Of a stretch of 64,000 nt of DNA, positions 48,761 to 63,247 are shown piece by piece. This stretch comes from Chiloscyllium plagiosum. Its lineage: Eukaryota. Under the pieces are notes generated by a model. The model did not search any database. It worked only from the letters and a program-made list of their open reading frames with translations, and was not told where the DNA came from. Every line of letters starts with the position of its first letter. The first letter of the stretch is position 1. Where the stretch lies: positions 43,523,970 to 43,587,969 of the forward strand of contig NC_057718.1 in NCBI RefSeq assembly GCF_004010195.1, written 5' to 3'. The translations under genes and the position numbers were made by a program.

Positions 48761-51439
48761 CAAACATTTTCTCAGATTACATTCCATCTGCCAGATTTTT
48801 CCCACCCTCTCAACCAATCTACATCATTCTGCATCCTTATTATGTCATCTTCTCAACACGCTTTCCTACTTATCTTTCTGTTATCTGCAAGTTTAGCTAA
48901 CATACCATCATCAGCTCATCTGATGCATTGATATCGTTTGTAAGAGGCTGTAGCATTTAGTCTTAATTGCTGTTATATTCTTACATTTTTTTCTCTCTGT
49001 TATATACAACTGGAAGAGAGAACCACATATCAAGAATAGTCTTAATAATGTAATGCATGTGTTAGCATGTGAAATTGTATCTAGTATTAATGTGCAAAAA
49101 AACAGAGTTCAAAGGAAACCCAAACTTATTTGTATTAACCTGGATTTTCTAGAGATTCACTTGTGGGTAGGCTTGCCAACCCTACTGAATTCTAAGCTTT
49201 ATTGGAGAAGTTTGTTAGGCCAAAATGGAGTATAATCATGTCAGTGAGATGGAAGGGAACATTACTGTGTTTTTCAACTTTTTTTGGAATAGAGGCTGGG
49301 GACCTATTTAGAGGTGTATTGGACCTTGAGCCCTATACTTAGCCCTGGTTGGAAAATCAACAAGTCACAGAAACCAAAATTGAGAGAACTGAACATAGGT
49401 TTTGTTTTCTTCCAAGAACAGGATCAATGCTGCAAGCTATTGGAAAGGTATTAGATAGCTGGTCTGTACCAAGAGCAAATTGTGTGTAGACACCAATAGA
49501 CTCAGACCACACCATCAACAATGCCTGCTGTAATGAAAATGGAAACTGTTGTTCAAATCAAAAGCCACACATGTCAATATTCAAGCTAGATAGCTGCAGG
49601 GCTTCCAGAATAGAGATAACTTTGTTCTTTTTGGGTTGCATTGAACTTTATTGAAACAGAATGGTGTTATGATATGTTATGATCTCTGATGCCATTAGAT
49701 GGTCATTCTTGAAATGGTCCCTTTACCTCACAGTAAATGAAACAATGAGCAGGGACATGTGACATCCTATTAGTTTTGCCTGTCAAAAGTGTGTGTAGTC
49801 TGGTTGCTGTGGTGAAAGGGGACCCAAGTCATGGAATATTGAAATTCATGTGCCTGGCATAACCCCTGAAAACAAAAGACAGAGCAGTTGGCTTTGTCAC
49901 AGCGAGATGTACAGAATCTCAGGAAGTCTGGTGTAAGGCCACAGGAAGATTCAACCTGGAGAGGCTGAGCAAGGGGATCACCAGGGTTGGGAATGTTGCT
50001 GGAAACCTTTTCAGGGATTCTTAGCAGACTGAGAGAAATTACTTTTTTCTTATGATACACAGTGAAATGGAGAGAATTGTTCCCCTTGGAAGCTAGGAAT
50101 GGTTCCTCTAAAACTAGAGTTCTATGGAGCATACATCATAATATGTAAATGTGGTGTGCATGCACTCACCAAGCTGTTAGAAAGGAAATGTCAGCGTTTT
50201 GATCCACTAACAGTGAAAGAAAAATATTATATTTCCAAGCTAAGGGGGAGTGGGGCCTTGTGAGGAATTTGCAGGTGGTAGTATCTCCATGTGTTCACTG
50301 CTATAGTTCTTCTAGGAGGTAGAGGTCATGTGTTTGGAAGGTACTTTCTTTGATAATATTATTCCTTTTTAGAATCATCCCAGTTTGAACAGGAAGAAGA
50401 AAATTCATGCACTAATATTAACATTTAATTTCATTAAAATTCCATATTTTCTCAGATTTATGTAACAGTCACATCCTAATGCTACATGGCAGATAACATA
50501 CTCCAGAATATACATTGATTAAAGGGGGTTCAGATTAAACCCCAATAAGAAGCCATGGTAAAATGTTTGCATTTAAATAGTGTCTTGCACAACCATCCTA
50601 TGTGTTTCATAATCAATGATGTGCTTAAATTTTGAATTGCAGCCATGTTCTAATGAAGGTAACGTGGCAGCTGATTCTTGTACAGCATGTCCTCAGTAGA
50701 AAAACAAACAGAAATTGAGGTGAACTTTAACTTTCATGGGGTTCAAAAAGAGGGTAGTAATTTGAGTACAGTTTAAACACCCAATCTAATTACTCAAAAT
50801 AAACATTTGTTCCCAAATCCCATTGAGAGATGCCCTGATCTGGCACCAGCGGTGCCATTTTAGAATTTAACACACCCATCTTTTATTTTGGCACAGCTAA
50901 ACCTGTACAACAGAAGGAAGAATATCTCTGACTATGCTTTAAAGCAATCATCAGCCAAGGAGAAGACTTCTCAGCAGGCCACACTGGGCATTCAGGGAGC
51001 AATTTACCCACCTGAAACTCTGTGAAGAATGTTAAACGCCAGACAATGAAATATTGGTTAGACAGAATCCAGGCTGTTCCAACTAGAATATTAGTCCAAC
51101 ACACATACCTCAACTCCAGCATCATTGATTGCTTGATCTTCGCCTATACACCCAAGCAGGTTCCTCACCCAATTATCCTCACCTAACATATAACCATCAA
51201 CACTTCCCTAGTTCCACTTGGCCTCTTGCCAGACTGTACTAGAAGATAACAGACACCCATTTTCCTTAAATAAATTAATATATATTAAGCATGAAAAGCA
51301 AACAAATCAGAAAACACAGAATGACAACATTTTGTGAAAAAAACAACATATATTCTTGATTTTGCTTTTTACATTAAAATTTTGGACATCCCTTTTCAGT
51401 ATGCATAATGCTTCCTTATAACTGGCTTCATTTCACATT

Positions 51440-51885
51440 TCATGGAATCACACAACACGGAAATAGATCCTTTGGTCCGACATAATCTGAAACCTGCCTG
51501 CACTTGGCCCAGATCCTTCCAAATATTTCTTATTCATGTACTTACCTGAAAGTATTTTAAACATTCATTATGCTCGCATTCCCCACTTCCTCTGGATGTT
51601 CATTTCACACATAAACCACTCTCTATGTAAACAAAATTGCCCCCATGTCTTTGCTCAATCTTTCTTCTCTCACCTTAAAAATATGCCCTCTCATCTTGAA
51701 ATCCCTCACACTATGGAAAAGACACCTGCCATTCACCATATCTATACCCCTCATGATTTTATAAATCTCTGTGGGATCACCACACAACCTCCTATGTTCC
51801 AGTGAAAGAAGTCCCAGCCTATCCAATCCCTCCCCCGACTCTCACCCGCCATTTCCAGCAGCATCCTGGGAAATCTCTTTCAGAC
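51440..51885 (-). mobile_element. CR1 3' fragment
   Basis: DRLGLLSLEHRRLCGDPTEIYKIMRG..RGHIFKVR. Confidence 0.8.
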
Positions 51886-52379
51886 AGCTGACTGCTTTAT
51901 CCACCCATTTCAGTTTGGAGAACTCCCTATTCTAGAGCATTTGTTTTAAAGCAGCATTCGAGCATTTTGATGAATCTACGTTATCACATCGTGACTTATT
52001 ATTGATGCAGCACTCAATGCATATTGCTGGTCAGTCCCTTTTTAGAATTTTTTCCAATATTTTTGTGAAGAAAAACAACATATCAACACTTTAACAAGAG
52101 TGAGTGTTTCTGACACAAAGATACTTTTTGCACCTCTTCTGATCATTATAACTTCCTTAGTTAAAGGGCAACATTTACCTCTTTCTCTGAAAGGAAGAAT
52201 TGTAAAAGCTTCTGCATTTGAGAATCCATCACAGATACTTGCATTTCTAAAACTAATAAGAAGAATCACTAAAAATAAGTTTCATGTTCCCAGAATCTTC
52301 AAATAATAGAAATTTTAAAACACAATGCTTCTATTTTTGATTACTTCAATGTTTTTACCTGAATTAGATCTTTTGTTGA

Positions 52380-54110
52380 ACAAACTCTAATGCCAGTGTA
52401 TCCCTTTTTAAAATATGGGGACCAAATCAATACACAATATATCACTATTATCCTGGACAGGTATAATAAGACTTCCCGGCTTTAAAAACTCCAAAAGCAG
52501 TCAAGGTCAAAATTCCATTCACCTTCTTAATTATTTACTACACCTGCATGTGATTTTACAGTGTTTCATGCACAAGAACAACCAGATCCCTTTGTTCTAC
52601 AAGTTTTTTATAGTCTCTATTCATTTAAATGATAGTCTGCCTTTTGATTCTTTCTATCAAAGTGCATGGCCTCATACTTTCTTACATCAAACTCTATGTG
52701 TCAGATTTTTCCCATTTACTCAATCTGTTTATGTCCCCTTTCAGATTCCTTGTGTACTCATCGCAACAAGCCCTCACACTATTTTTGTATTGTTGGTAAA
52801 TTTAAATACATTACACTCTGCCCTCTCCTCCAAATCAATAAGTTCAGTTGTAAATAGTTGAAACCCTAGGACTGATCCGATATGGCACTCTATCAGTTAC
52901 ATCTTTCCAATCTGAAAAAGAACCATTAATCTTGTCTCTCTCTGTCTTCTGTGTATTAACCAATCCTTCATCCATATTACCCTAATAATATGAACTCCAG
53001 TTTGTAGAATATCCTTTTATATGTAACTTGTTGAATGCCTTCTGAAATTCCAAATGCAGTAAATCTACCAGTTCTTCTTTATCAACTCTGCTTGTTGTAT
53101 TCAAAAAGAACTCTAACATTTGTTTGTCAAATACTTTGTCCCTCATGATAGATCCTGTTGCAATATCTTATTTCTTATTAGAACCTTGCTTACTGTTATA
53201 TTTCAGATAGTAATAGTATCCTCACAGTGAACACCAATGCAAAATATCGGTTTAAATGATTTGCCATTTCCCTGTATCCCGCTACCAATTCCACTGTTGC
53301 ACTCTCCAAAGATCCTACACTGACATTAGCTACTTTCTTTTTATATGATCAGAGAAGCTCTTACTGTTCGTTTTAATATTTTTTGCCTGCTTACTTTATT
53401 AGCTTCATCGTCATCCACTGCTAGTTCCTAAAATACTTTCAAACCTCTGGCCTGCTTTGTATGCCTTAGTTTTTGATTGGATGTATTCCTTTGTTAACTA
53501 CTGGTGGTTAATTCTTTTCATCAAGTCATTCTTTTTGATTTGAAACAATTTTTTGCTCAGGAAAATGAAATGCCTACTTAAATGTCTACTATTGCTCATC
53601 CATTGACATTCCCCTTAGTCTATTTTCCCAGTCCACTTTCGACCACTCTTTCTTTATGCCTGTGTAATAGCCCTTATTTAAGTTGAGAACACTAAACTAA
53701 GACCCAAGTTGGCCTCCCTGAAACTGAATTAGCAGTTCTAATGTGTTGTGATTTCTCCCCACTTGAGGGTCCTTAACCATGAGATTGCCATTTAATCCTA
53801 CCTCATTACATGTTAGATCTAAAATAGACTGTTCTGGGTTATTTTCTGCAACAGACTGTTCGAAGGAGCAAAACCTGTACTCATAAATTTGTCTTCTGTG
53901 TTACATTTGCCCATCTGCCCAATCAATATGTAGATTAAAAACACCGATGAAAACTTTACTGCCCTTCTAACATGCCTGAATTATTTCCCAACTTTGATCT
54001 ATTGTAAGGCAACTCTTTGAGGACTTATAGACAATTTTCATCCTTGACTTACTTTGCTTGCCATTTTTTATTTCCACCCAAACTGATCCCACATCATAAT
54101 CCATTGGACC
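52380..54110 (-). mobile_element. Degenerate CR1 ORF2 fragments
   Basis: Similar to 3850-4980; SVWVEIKN motif near 54050-54090. Confidence 0.6.
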
Positions 54111-54470
54111 ATACTGGTACTCATGATATGCTGGTACAGTGCAGATATCTAAGGTTTCTTTGAATGGTACATTTATAAATAGGCTAGCCATGTCAAATAG
54201 GTACTGCATTGCTATTGATATGCAAGTCCTGTAAAAACCTTCACTGGGTAAGTGAAGAGCTTGCTCAAAACTGCAGCAGTTCACCCATACTTTGGCACAT
54301 GTCATGCAGATAATATAGAGTGTAAAAGGACTTGGGAATCCCTGCACATTCGCAGCCACAGTGAGCCATGATTTGTAAGAATTAATGTGGTGTGAACTAT
54401 TGCATGAATCAGTAGTTATTGAGCATATAAACTCAGCAACTTTTGCAGTTGGGTTCAATTTCAACAATAT
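54110..54470 (-). mobile_element. Penelope-like RT fragment
   Basis: LFDMASLFINVPFKETLDIC resembles the PLE FDVxSLFTNVP motif. Confidence 0.6.
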
Positions 54471-54499
54471 CATGTCTGCCCCATGTAACAGTGTTGCTA

Positions 54500-55420
54500 C
54501 AAGATCCCCTCACTAGACTCAATGCTTGCAGATATATTCCACAAGAATCGTGTCTCTGATGTAGTAACATCTAACTTCCTGTCACTTTTTCCTGACACAT
54601 ATTGCATCAAAAGTGTAGATAGAGATTTAGTCAGTCTATTCCACATATGATGACAGGTATCATCCACGTCTAATACCACACAATTGAAAGATTCTGCCAC
54701 CAGCATATTCATCACTGGGCTGAAACTTTTCTCTTTCATCCATATCGCCATCTTTTTCATCTGATCTTTCATTTAATTTTTGTCTCCTATATTTTTTGTG
54801 CTGTGGGCCCGTTTGTCCGGTACTTTGATTCACATCGGAAACATTGATTAACTATCAGGCATTTCTGGGGTTCACTTTACTATTGTAAGTCCCAAATGAA
54901 TGTCTTTTAATGCTTCTGATATTTCTTTTAGCAGCGTGTGTCTATCCATAAATTTAACTCCTGTCAAAATTACAAGTCTGTCTAAACTCAATACCTTGGC
55001 ACAATTCAATAACTAAAGTCCCAGCATAGTCTGGGGAATTTCCAGATGGAATTACTGCAGTTTTGCATACAGTTGACTGAATTTCATTATGTAGTCTTCT
55101 TTGGAACTCTTTCTGAATTTGCCAAAGTCTGACCATGCCTCATAAGCAGTTAGTAAATTATCTTTTTGATAAATGTTATCCATAAAAGCTAATAACTTGA
55201 CCAAACCTTCACCTGTGTTCAAATGATTAATTTCCATTTCTCAACTAACATTTCTTCTTTACTTGCTTTGGTATGGTAGTGAATATCTCAAGGTCATGCC
55301 TTGATTCCTCATCGGTTAACTGTAACACAGATGCACATGGTTACTTCATTCTTCCACTGGTCTTGAGGGTCACAACCCAAGTTTCAGATTTTCATACAGC
55401 CATCTCTCTGAAGTTTCTTA
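54500..55420 (-). mobile_element. LTR retrotransposon gag/protease remnant, possibly GalEa-like Ty1/copia
   Basis: GLVKLLAFMDNIYQKDNLLTAYEAWSDFGKF; CFRCESKY knuckle-like motif at about 54820-54850; SFNCVVLD protease-like motif. Confidence 0.5.
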
Positions 55421-55959
55421 CAACTCACTCTTTGGCTAGAATAATGCTCAGTTTTCAATCTTTGACCACAAGTGACATTGTTTTGTGCAAATACAGATTT
55501 GAGGTGGCAGAAACACAAGGATAGTATTAGCTCAACAAAGCTAGCTATCTATGGACAAACCGAAATTGTACCTTTGTGAAGGTGCTGGAGCACAGTATGG
55601 AGAATCCAAGAGAACACATTGGGCTAGTGAACTACCAGAAGGTGAACTACCATTGAGACAATCAGTAATTAAGCAGCTTTCGTGGGTGTTCCAAAGTTCA
55701 GTCTTCAAATGTGAAGGAATTGAATCACTTGTAAAGTTTAATGAAGTATGATGACTCACAGTGTCACGAATGTCTATCAGTTTGCTTTGAAATGCATGGG
55801 ATTTGCCTTGACTGCATTTGCTATTTGATGTGTTTTTGGGGTGTTTGACTATGTATCTGTCCTCTATACTTACCTCAGATTAATTCTAATTAATGTTAGA
55901 ATGCAGCTAGTATTTATATATTGTACACTATATTACTGTTCTAACTTTGTATAGTTAAT

Positions 55960-57670
55960 GCGATTTTTGAGAAGATTTGTAGCTCAGGTTGAGGTGCAGG
56001 TTGTAAGTTTTCTTGCTGAACCTAGATTTGTAAGCATACTGGGTGACGTCATTAGTGGGCCTCTGGTGAAGTACTTATGTGTCTTGGATTCTTATGCTGG
56101 GTGATATCATTCCTGGTTCTTTTTCTCAGAGGATGGTAGGTAGGGTCTAATTCGATGTGTGTATTGTTGGAGTTCTGGTTAGAATGCCAAGCCTCAAGGA
56201 ATTCTCGTGTGTGTCTCTGTTTAGCTTGTCCTGCAGTGGATATGTTGTCCCAGTCAAAGTGGTGTCCTTCCTCGCCTGTGTGTAAGGATACTAATGATAG
56301 TAGGTCAAGTCTTTTGGTGGCTAGCTGGTGTTCGTGTATCCTGTTGGCTAGTTTTCTGCCTGTTTGTCTGATGTAGTATTTGTACAGTCCTTGCATGGTG
56401 TTTTGCTGGTTGTTTTGCATAGGGTCCTTCAGGTTCATTAGCTGCTGTTGAAGTGTGTTGGTAAGTTTGTGGACGACTATGATTCCAAGGGTTCTGAGTA
56501 GTCTGGAAGTCTAGTAGACTGGTGTCTCACTACCCACTTCACATTCAATAACAAAACCTACAAACAAATCGATGGAATACTCATGGGACCACCAATATCA
56601 GGGTTCCTAGCAGAAGCAGTAATGCAGAGACTCAAACAAACAGCCCTGTCAGCTATCCAACCCAAACTTTGGGTCTGCTACGTAGATGGCACCTTCGTGA
56701 TTACAAAATGGAACAAATTAGAGGAGACCTACAACATTATCAACAATATCCTGACAGGCATAAACTTTACAAAAGAGGAGAACAACAACAGACTCCCATT
56801 CCTAGATGTCACAGTAGAACGAACAGTTAATGGAGAACTTCAAACCAGCATCTGCAGAAAAAACAACACACAAACCAAATACTTAACTACAGAAGCAATC
56901 ATCCCAACACCCACAAACGGAGCTGCATCAGGACATTATTTCAATGAGCCACAACACACTGCAGCATCCAAGAACTATGAACAGCCGAAGAAAAATGCTA
57001 ATACAGCATATTCAGGAAGAAGAGGTACCTAATAAACACAGTCCGCCGATTCCTCAACAACAAATCCAATCAAGTAGATAGAACACACCCAGAAACTCTA
57101 GCCATATTAACTTACATCTACAACATCTCTGAAATGACTTCCAGACTACCAAGACCATTTGGCATCATAATAGCGCACAAACCTACTAAAACACTTCAAC
57201 AGTGGTTAATGAAACTAAAAGACTGTATGTAAAACAACCAGCAAAACAAATGTCGTTTACAAAATACCATGCAAGGACTGTAACAAACACTACATCGCAT
57301 AAACAGGCAGAAAACTAGCCACCAGGATACATGAACACCAACTAGTCACCAAAAGACATGACCCATTATCACTAGTATCCTTACATACAGGTGAGGAAGG
57401 ACGCCACTTTGACTTGGACAACACATCCACTGCAGGACAAGCTAAACAGAGACACACATGAGAATTCCTAGAGGCCTGGCATTCTAACCAGAACTCCATC
57501 AATACCACATCGATCTGAGCCCCATCTACCATCCTCTGAGAAAAAGAACCAGAAATGATATCACCCACCATAAGAATCCAAGACACATAAATAGAAAGTG
57601 AGACACAACACCAGCACTTCACCGGAGGATGTTACCTATAATGGTAATGAAATGTCTGAAAATAAACCTT
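55960..57670. mobile_element. Penelope-like element (Poseidon-like): inverted 3' copy plus forward RT and GIY-YIG
   Basis: + strand from about 56515: MGPPISGFLAEAVMQ, WVCYVDGTFVI, LPFLDV, NVVYKIPCKDCNKHYI, TGRKLATRIHEHQL. Segment 55960-56510 is an inverted copy of the 3' part. Confidence 0.88.
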
Positions 57671-58016
57671 TGTGTAGTAAAGTTTCTTGTTGTCTGCTCA
57701 AAATCATGGAAACCTACAACCTTATTCTTTTAGTAAGTGTCCGTGATCTCAAACTTTGTCAACTTTTTCAATGAAAGGTACTTGTTGCTAGCTAGATTGT
57801 AACTTAAACTTGATAGTCTGGTCCATGGGAACATAACAATTTGTATATCAACTTGCATGTCCCTATGACATCTCAAAATGCTTCATAGACAATTAAATAC
57901 TTCTTGCAATAATGTCTGCCATTATAATGTCGGGAAACATGGCAGTAAGTTTGAATGTAGTCAGACTCAATAAATAGGAAGGTGATAAATGACCAGATAA
58001 TCTGCTTGAGTGCTAT

Positions 58017-58232
58017 TAGAGTTGAAAGTGTGGTCCTGGAAAAGCACAGTAGGTCAGGCAGCATCCAAGGAGCAGGCGAATTGATGTTTCGGGCACAAGC
58101 CCTTCATCAGGAATGAGGCTTGTGGGCCGGGGTGGGGCGTGGGGGGGGGGGGCAGGGGGAAGCTCAGAGATAAATGGGAGGGGGCTGTGGCTAGGGGGAA
58201 GGTAGCTGAGATTGCAATAGGTAGATGAAGGT
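58017..58232 (-). mobile_element. Penelope pLTR fragment with hammerhead-like core
   Basis: Minus strand reads attcctgatgaagggcttgtgcccgaaacatc. Confidence 0.8.
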
Positions 58233-61200
58233 CCTATTAATAAAGTTATGAATATTGACCAGGACAATGCAAAAGCTCCTGCTTTCATTTGTTTAAATCG
58301 TGCCAGTATCCCACAGTGAATCTAGCGATCAGCCAATCTTGAGTGAAAAACATATATAAAACTGTGTCTTCTTTCTTTTGTTAAACTATGATAGGGTAAC
58401 ATTTTCTGTTACTAATCATCATGCCACTGTAATAAAAGAAAGACTTGCATTTATATAGCATTATTCATTATGAACAGATGTCTATTAATTTTATAATTTG
58501 ATAGTTTAACAAATGCGTGTGATGTGAAGTGATGTTTGGCATATCATGTGTATGCAATGATATTATGTGTTCTGGTCTTCCAGGTCTCACTCAAAATGTA
58601 AAAGCCCTTTTTTTTTATTGTTTGCACCTATGTTATATACAGGAAGAAGCCTGAAAGAAAGAAACTGGAATAAAGCCAGAAGCTAAACAGCTGTAACAAG
58701 AATTAGATGGACATGGCATAAAACACACAAATTAGGAAAAGGAAAGATAACAAATTAAATTGAAACATCTAACTCAAAAATAAATCATAATTTCAATGAG
58801 CATATTGTTCAAAAACTCAATTAATCTGAAAATGCTTTATGTGTTTATATGTCATAAATCACATAAATTATAAAGCAATTATTACAATAAATCACATGTA
58901 ATTGTGAAACATGCATAAAACAGTGAGTAGATTTCTGCTGCTCCTGGCAGTTTGGATTGGCACTGGTCCACTTTCCGCCCAAAACAATGAGAAAGTGGGT
59001 TTTGGTTGTTAAAAATTGGGAAAATAAGTGCTACCCACTAACTTCTGAGGAAGTAGTGGTCAGGGGTTTCAGGATGGTGTCTTCGTGCCAAGAAGAGAGA
59101 TTCAGGAAGAGTGTGGGGCAGAGGAAACGTGACTTTCCTTATGCACCCAGACTATTTCTAATCTACCTTTTTGAATTTCTTCACCCTTATCTACAGCTGC
59201 CAAAATGCTTTCACATTGTGTAAAGGCAGTAGAGTGTTCCCTAGTGATGTTTAGGTTAAAATGCAATTGGCATCCTATTGATATAGGATCCCAATAGCAT
59301 AAATTCTTGGTGCCTATTGTCTTTCCTCAGGCAGTTAAACGTGTCTGCAGTCCAAGATCGCAGGATCAGGATAAAGGAACAGCAGCTTCTGTTGTTGTTT
59401 TGTTGTTGTTTCCCTCACCGGATTTCTTTGCTTATTTGCTCTCTGAAAACATTGAATTATCAGCCCCCATTTATTTTTCAGCATTTACCAAGGTATCCAT
59501 TAGTTATGTACAAATCTTAACAACATGTGATACCAAACTATTCAAACATACGTGACATCATTTACAAGGCAATTGTGGTTTTTTTTGGCTGTTGACATAA
59601 GCCCATTTCCAACAAGTGTCATTATATTGGAATCATAAAGTAGAATCCCCACAACTCAAGAGTCATGATATGAATTCTAATGCTACATGGCTAACTGAGA
59701 TCAGCGATCAACAGAAATCAGGGAATTAATTTAGCACCTCCATGGTTCAAATATGACTGATGGAAACAAAGTGTTTAACAGTGCCATCTTAAAGTTTTTT
59801 TTTAAGAACTATCTATAATTTACTTTGTAGATTTCACCTTTTCATTCACGATTTCAATCTTACTCATAGCCTTTTATGATATAAATCTTGACAAAGCAAA
59901 AACAGTGGCTCCATCTTATTTAAAATACACATTCCCTCTTATGCCAGTAATTTTACATCAATCTGTTTAATTATCTTGAATCATTCCAAAGCATTTCAAA
60001 TTATGAAAACTTGTTTCAAACACAGGACACTTTCTTGATGTTCCACTCTTAGACTCAGTCTCATTTATGCTAGAGAAGGAAGTTATTTGACCCTGAGAAT
60101 CCATGCCATTCAGTTCCACTCCCATGTGCAATACCTATCATCCTACAGGTTTCTTTCTTTCATGCCCAATTATATTTTAAAATCATTGTTTCCACTAGCA
60201 TCACTTACATGGACAGCATTTCTAGGTCATTATCCCTCATTGCATAAAAGATTCTTCCTCACTTTTCCCCAATATCTCTTGCCCAAAACCTAAAGTCTGT
60301 GTACCCTTCTCTTTGTATAATCAACTACTAGGAATGTTTTCTCTTTGTCTATTTTATCCAAAACTGCCATATTCTTGTATGTTTATATCAAATGTTCCCT
60401 TAATCTCCTTTGTTCCAAGGAGAACAGAACCAACCCAACTTTTTAATTAAAATCATTCATCCCTTGAACTCTTTCAGAGTCTCACATCTTTCTTAAAACA
60501 TCATGGACAGAGCTTGATTCAGTATTCTGGTTGGAGCTAGCCAGCATTGTGATGGTTCAGTAGATATTTTATTCAGTAGCTGAGACTTTCAAATTTGGAG
60601 TTGAAGTACGGAAGCAGGAGCCTCAGATGGTGTCACATGTGCCATTCCTGGAATAAGTTATCTCATGTGATTAAAACCTTCTTAGCTTTATTTTCTATGC
60701 AAGCAAGTTGTGCAAGTGATTCAGTGAGTCAGAAGAGGTGAGCAAGTGGAATGTTCCCAGCATCCTTGCCATAAAACAATGGATGATTAGCTGTCCTCTA
60801 CAGAGGGGTGTGGTGCCATCTCACTCTGTTACTTCACAGGGCTATCACTCTGTCAATGTCTGCTGTTTCAAGCCTCAGAATCACATGTATGATGCACACA
60901 CAAAGGATCACATCTATGTCATGCTCTCAAGCTGCAATCCTCCCTGTGCACTTCACTTCATACTGACCCCTTGGGATTAGCTGACCATCTCACATGGTTT
61001 TGCATGCTCACAATGTGCTCATGAACTCATTGCCATTACACTAAATCCTTCTGTGACCCTCATGCAGAAACGTCTGGCCCACAATTGCAAAGAGAGGGAT
61101 AAGACTGATGAAAGCAAAGATTCTCAACCTCTTTGAGGAAAGGGCAATGGAACCAGGGCGCTCAGAACCACTGAAAGGTTGAGAAGAGAAATAAGGCTCT

Positions 61201-61329
61201 TCGATCTCAATCCAGACGCCTGCTTTTGCAAAGAGATTGGGTGGTGCCCTGGTCCACATGGAGGAGGAGAAACAGGCAGGCAACCAACGAACTTCTTGAG
61301 GTGCAGAGGGATCTGGGCACCTTCATCCA

Positions 61330-62010
61330 TAAACTGCAAAAAGTTTCATATGAAAGTACAACAAGTAATTAAGAAAGCTAATAGAATGTTATCATTTAAC
61401 GTGGGGTGAACTGAATACAAAAGTTTGGAGGGTTTGGTTCAGTTACAGAAGCACTGTGAGACTGCATCCACAGCACTGGCTATCTTGTTTAAGGAAGGAT
61501 GTTATTGTGTTAGAAGCAGTTCAGAGACAGTTTACTGGATTATTGTGCTTTGAGCAAAGGCTAGACAGACTCAGCTTGTATCTATTGGAGATAAGCGAGA
61601 AGGAGATTTCTTGATTGAAACATGTAGTATCTTGAAGGGTCTTGACAGGATAGATGTGGAGAGGATGTTTCCTCTTTTGGGACAACTTAGAACTGGAGTA
61701 ATCTTTAAAAATCAATAGTCACCCTTTAAAATGGAGAATAGGTAATTTTTTTAATCTCAGTGGTCATGAATTTTTAGAACACTCTTTTTGAAAGGTAGTG
61801 GAAGTAGAGGCTTTTAATACCTTCTTTGGCAAAGGTAGATAGATCATTGTTAGGCTCCCCCACCCCATCCAGCCCCAGAGGTTGAAAGGTTATTGGGATA
61901 GATGGGACAGTAATTTGAAGTTACAATCAGGTCTTCCTTGACCTTATTGAATGGTGGGTCAGACTCGAAGGGCTGAATGGCCTACTCCAAATCCTAATTT
62001 ATATTTTTGT
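61330..62010 (+). mobile_element. CR1 3' fragment
   Basis: KVQQVIKKANRMLSF; tail gaagggctgaatggcctactcc. Confidence 0.7.
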
Positions 62011-63247
62011 CTGTGCTTCCCAGAATAATTTAATGGTGCCCTTCCCCTTCTCCTACTCTATATCGGTCACCCTGTTGCCTCCAGCAACTGAGGCCAAGGA
62101 GTGTGTGCTTGTACCTGTGTAGGAGATTCTCAACAGGTCGAGTCCCCAGAGGACACCTGCCAAAATCTTCAAAGTCACCAGCACATACAAGTCAGTGGGC
62201 TTCCTCATCTCACGCTGCACCTAGATGTCGAACACACCTGATACATTTGGTGGCACTCGTTGTTCAATTATTGTATATAATCTGCACTGTTCTAAGTACC
62301 TATTCGCATGCACTATTCTGACATCTGCTGTCATCTTTTTTACACCAGTCAGAGCAGAAAAGGTTCCCAGATGTGAAAGATGTGGATCATCTCCCACCAT
62401 GAAAGTTTGTGATGTTTTACAATCACCGCACCTTTCTACCTCTTTATAATCAGGAAAAATGGGGAACTAGAGATTGTCTTCCTCAGCAGGACCCCATCTA
62501 CCTATAAACTGGGGATTGGAGTCAAGAGCTCCAGATTACTCTCAGGGACACTGATGTTAACAATAATATCTCAGGAAGGAACCAGGGGCTGGGACATTCA
62601 ATCAGTCAACCCTGCACACGCATCACCTGGGAGCAATGGCAAAATCTCTCATGGATCTACAGGCTCTCGGAGGGAAAGGTTTATCCGTGTCTGGGTCTCT
62701 CAAAGCAGTGCTAGAAAATCAAAGGGTGTAAGGTTAGCAATGACCGCATTATAATGTCACAATATCAGAACTATGGAGTGGAGTGAAGGGAATAGACTTA
62801 AATCTCATAATGGCAGAGCAGTGGATATGTCAATGAGATTACTCAGCATTGCAGAGTTACAGGAAATATTCATTGCATGCTACATCATTGCAGGGATAAT
62901 AGGAGGGCAAGCCTATGCAACCAGGCTAATACCTAGACTTGAGCTGCCTGCAGCCTTGACAATACTATGGACAGACCCCAGAAACCCTCTGTTTATGTAT
63001 GATCCACTCCCTTCAAATGACCATGGTCTGTCCCTTAGATTGCATTTGCATGATCTCCCTGATTGATTGACTAGGCTTATTTTATTTGTCTTCCAGGACT
63101 GACTATGCCTCAATCCTCACTCTGAATTTGTGTCATTCATAGACTTAAACTGTATGAACTGCCTGATTGACAGTAGCCACTCCATCCACCCCCACCCTGC
63201 CATGTCAACTAGAAATGGCCCAGACCTTGGGCTGACTGTGTGTCTGT

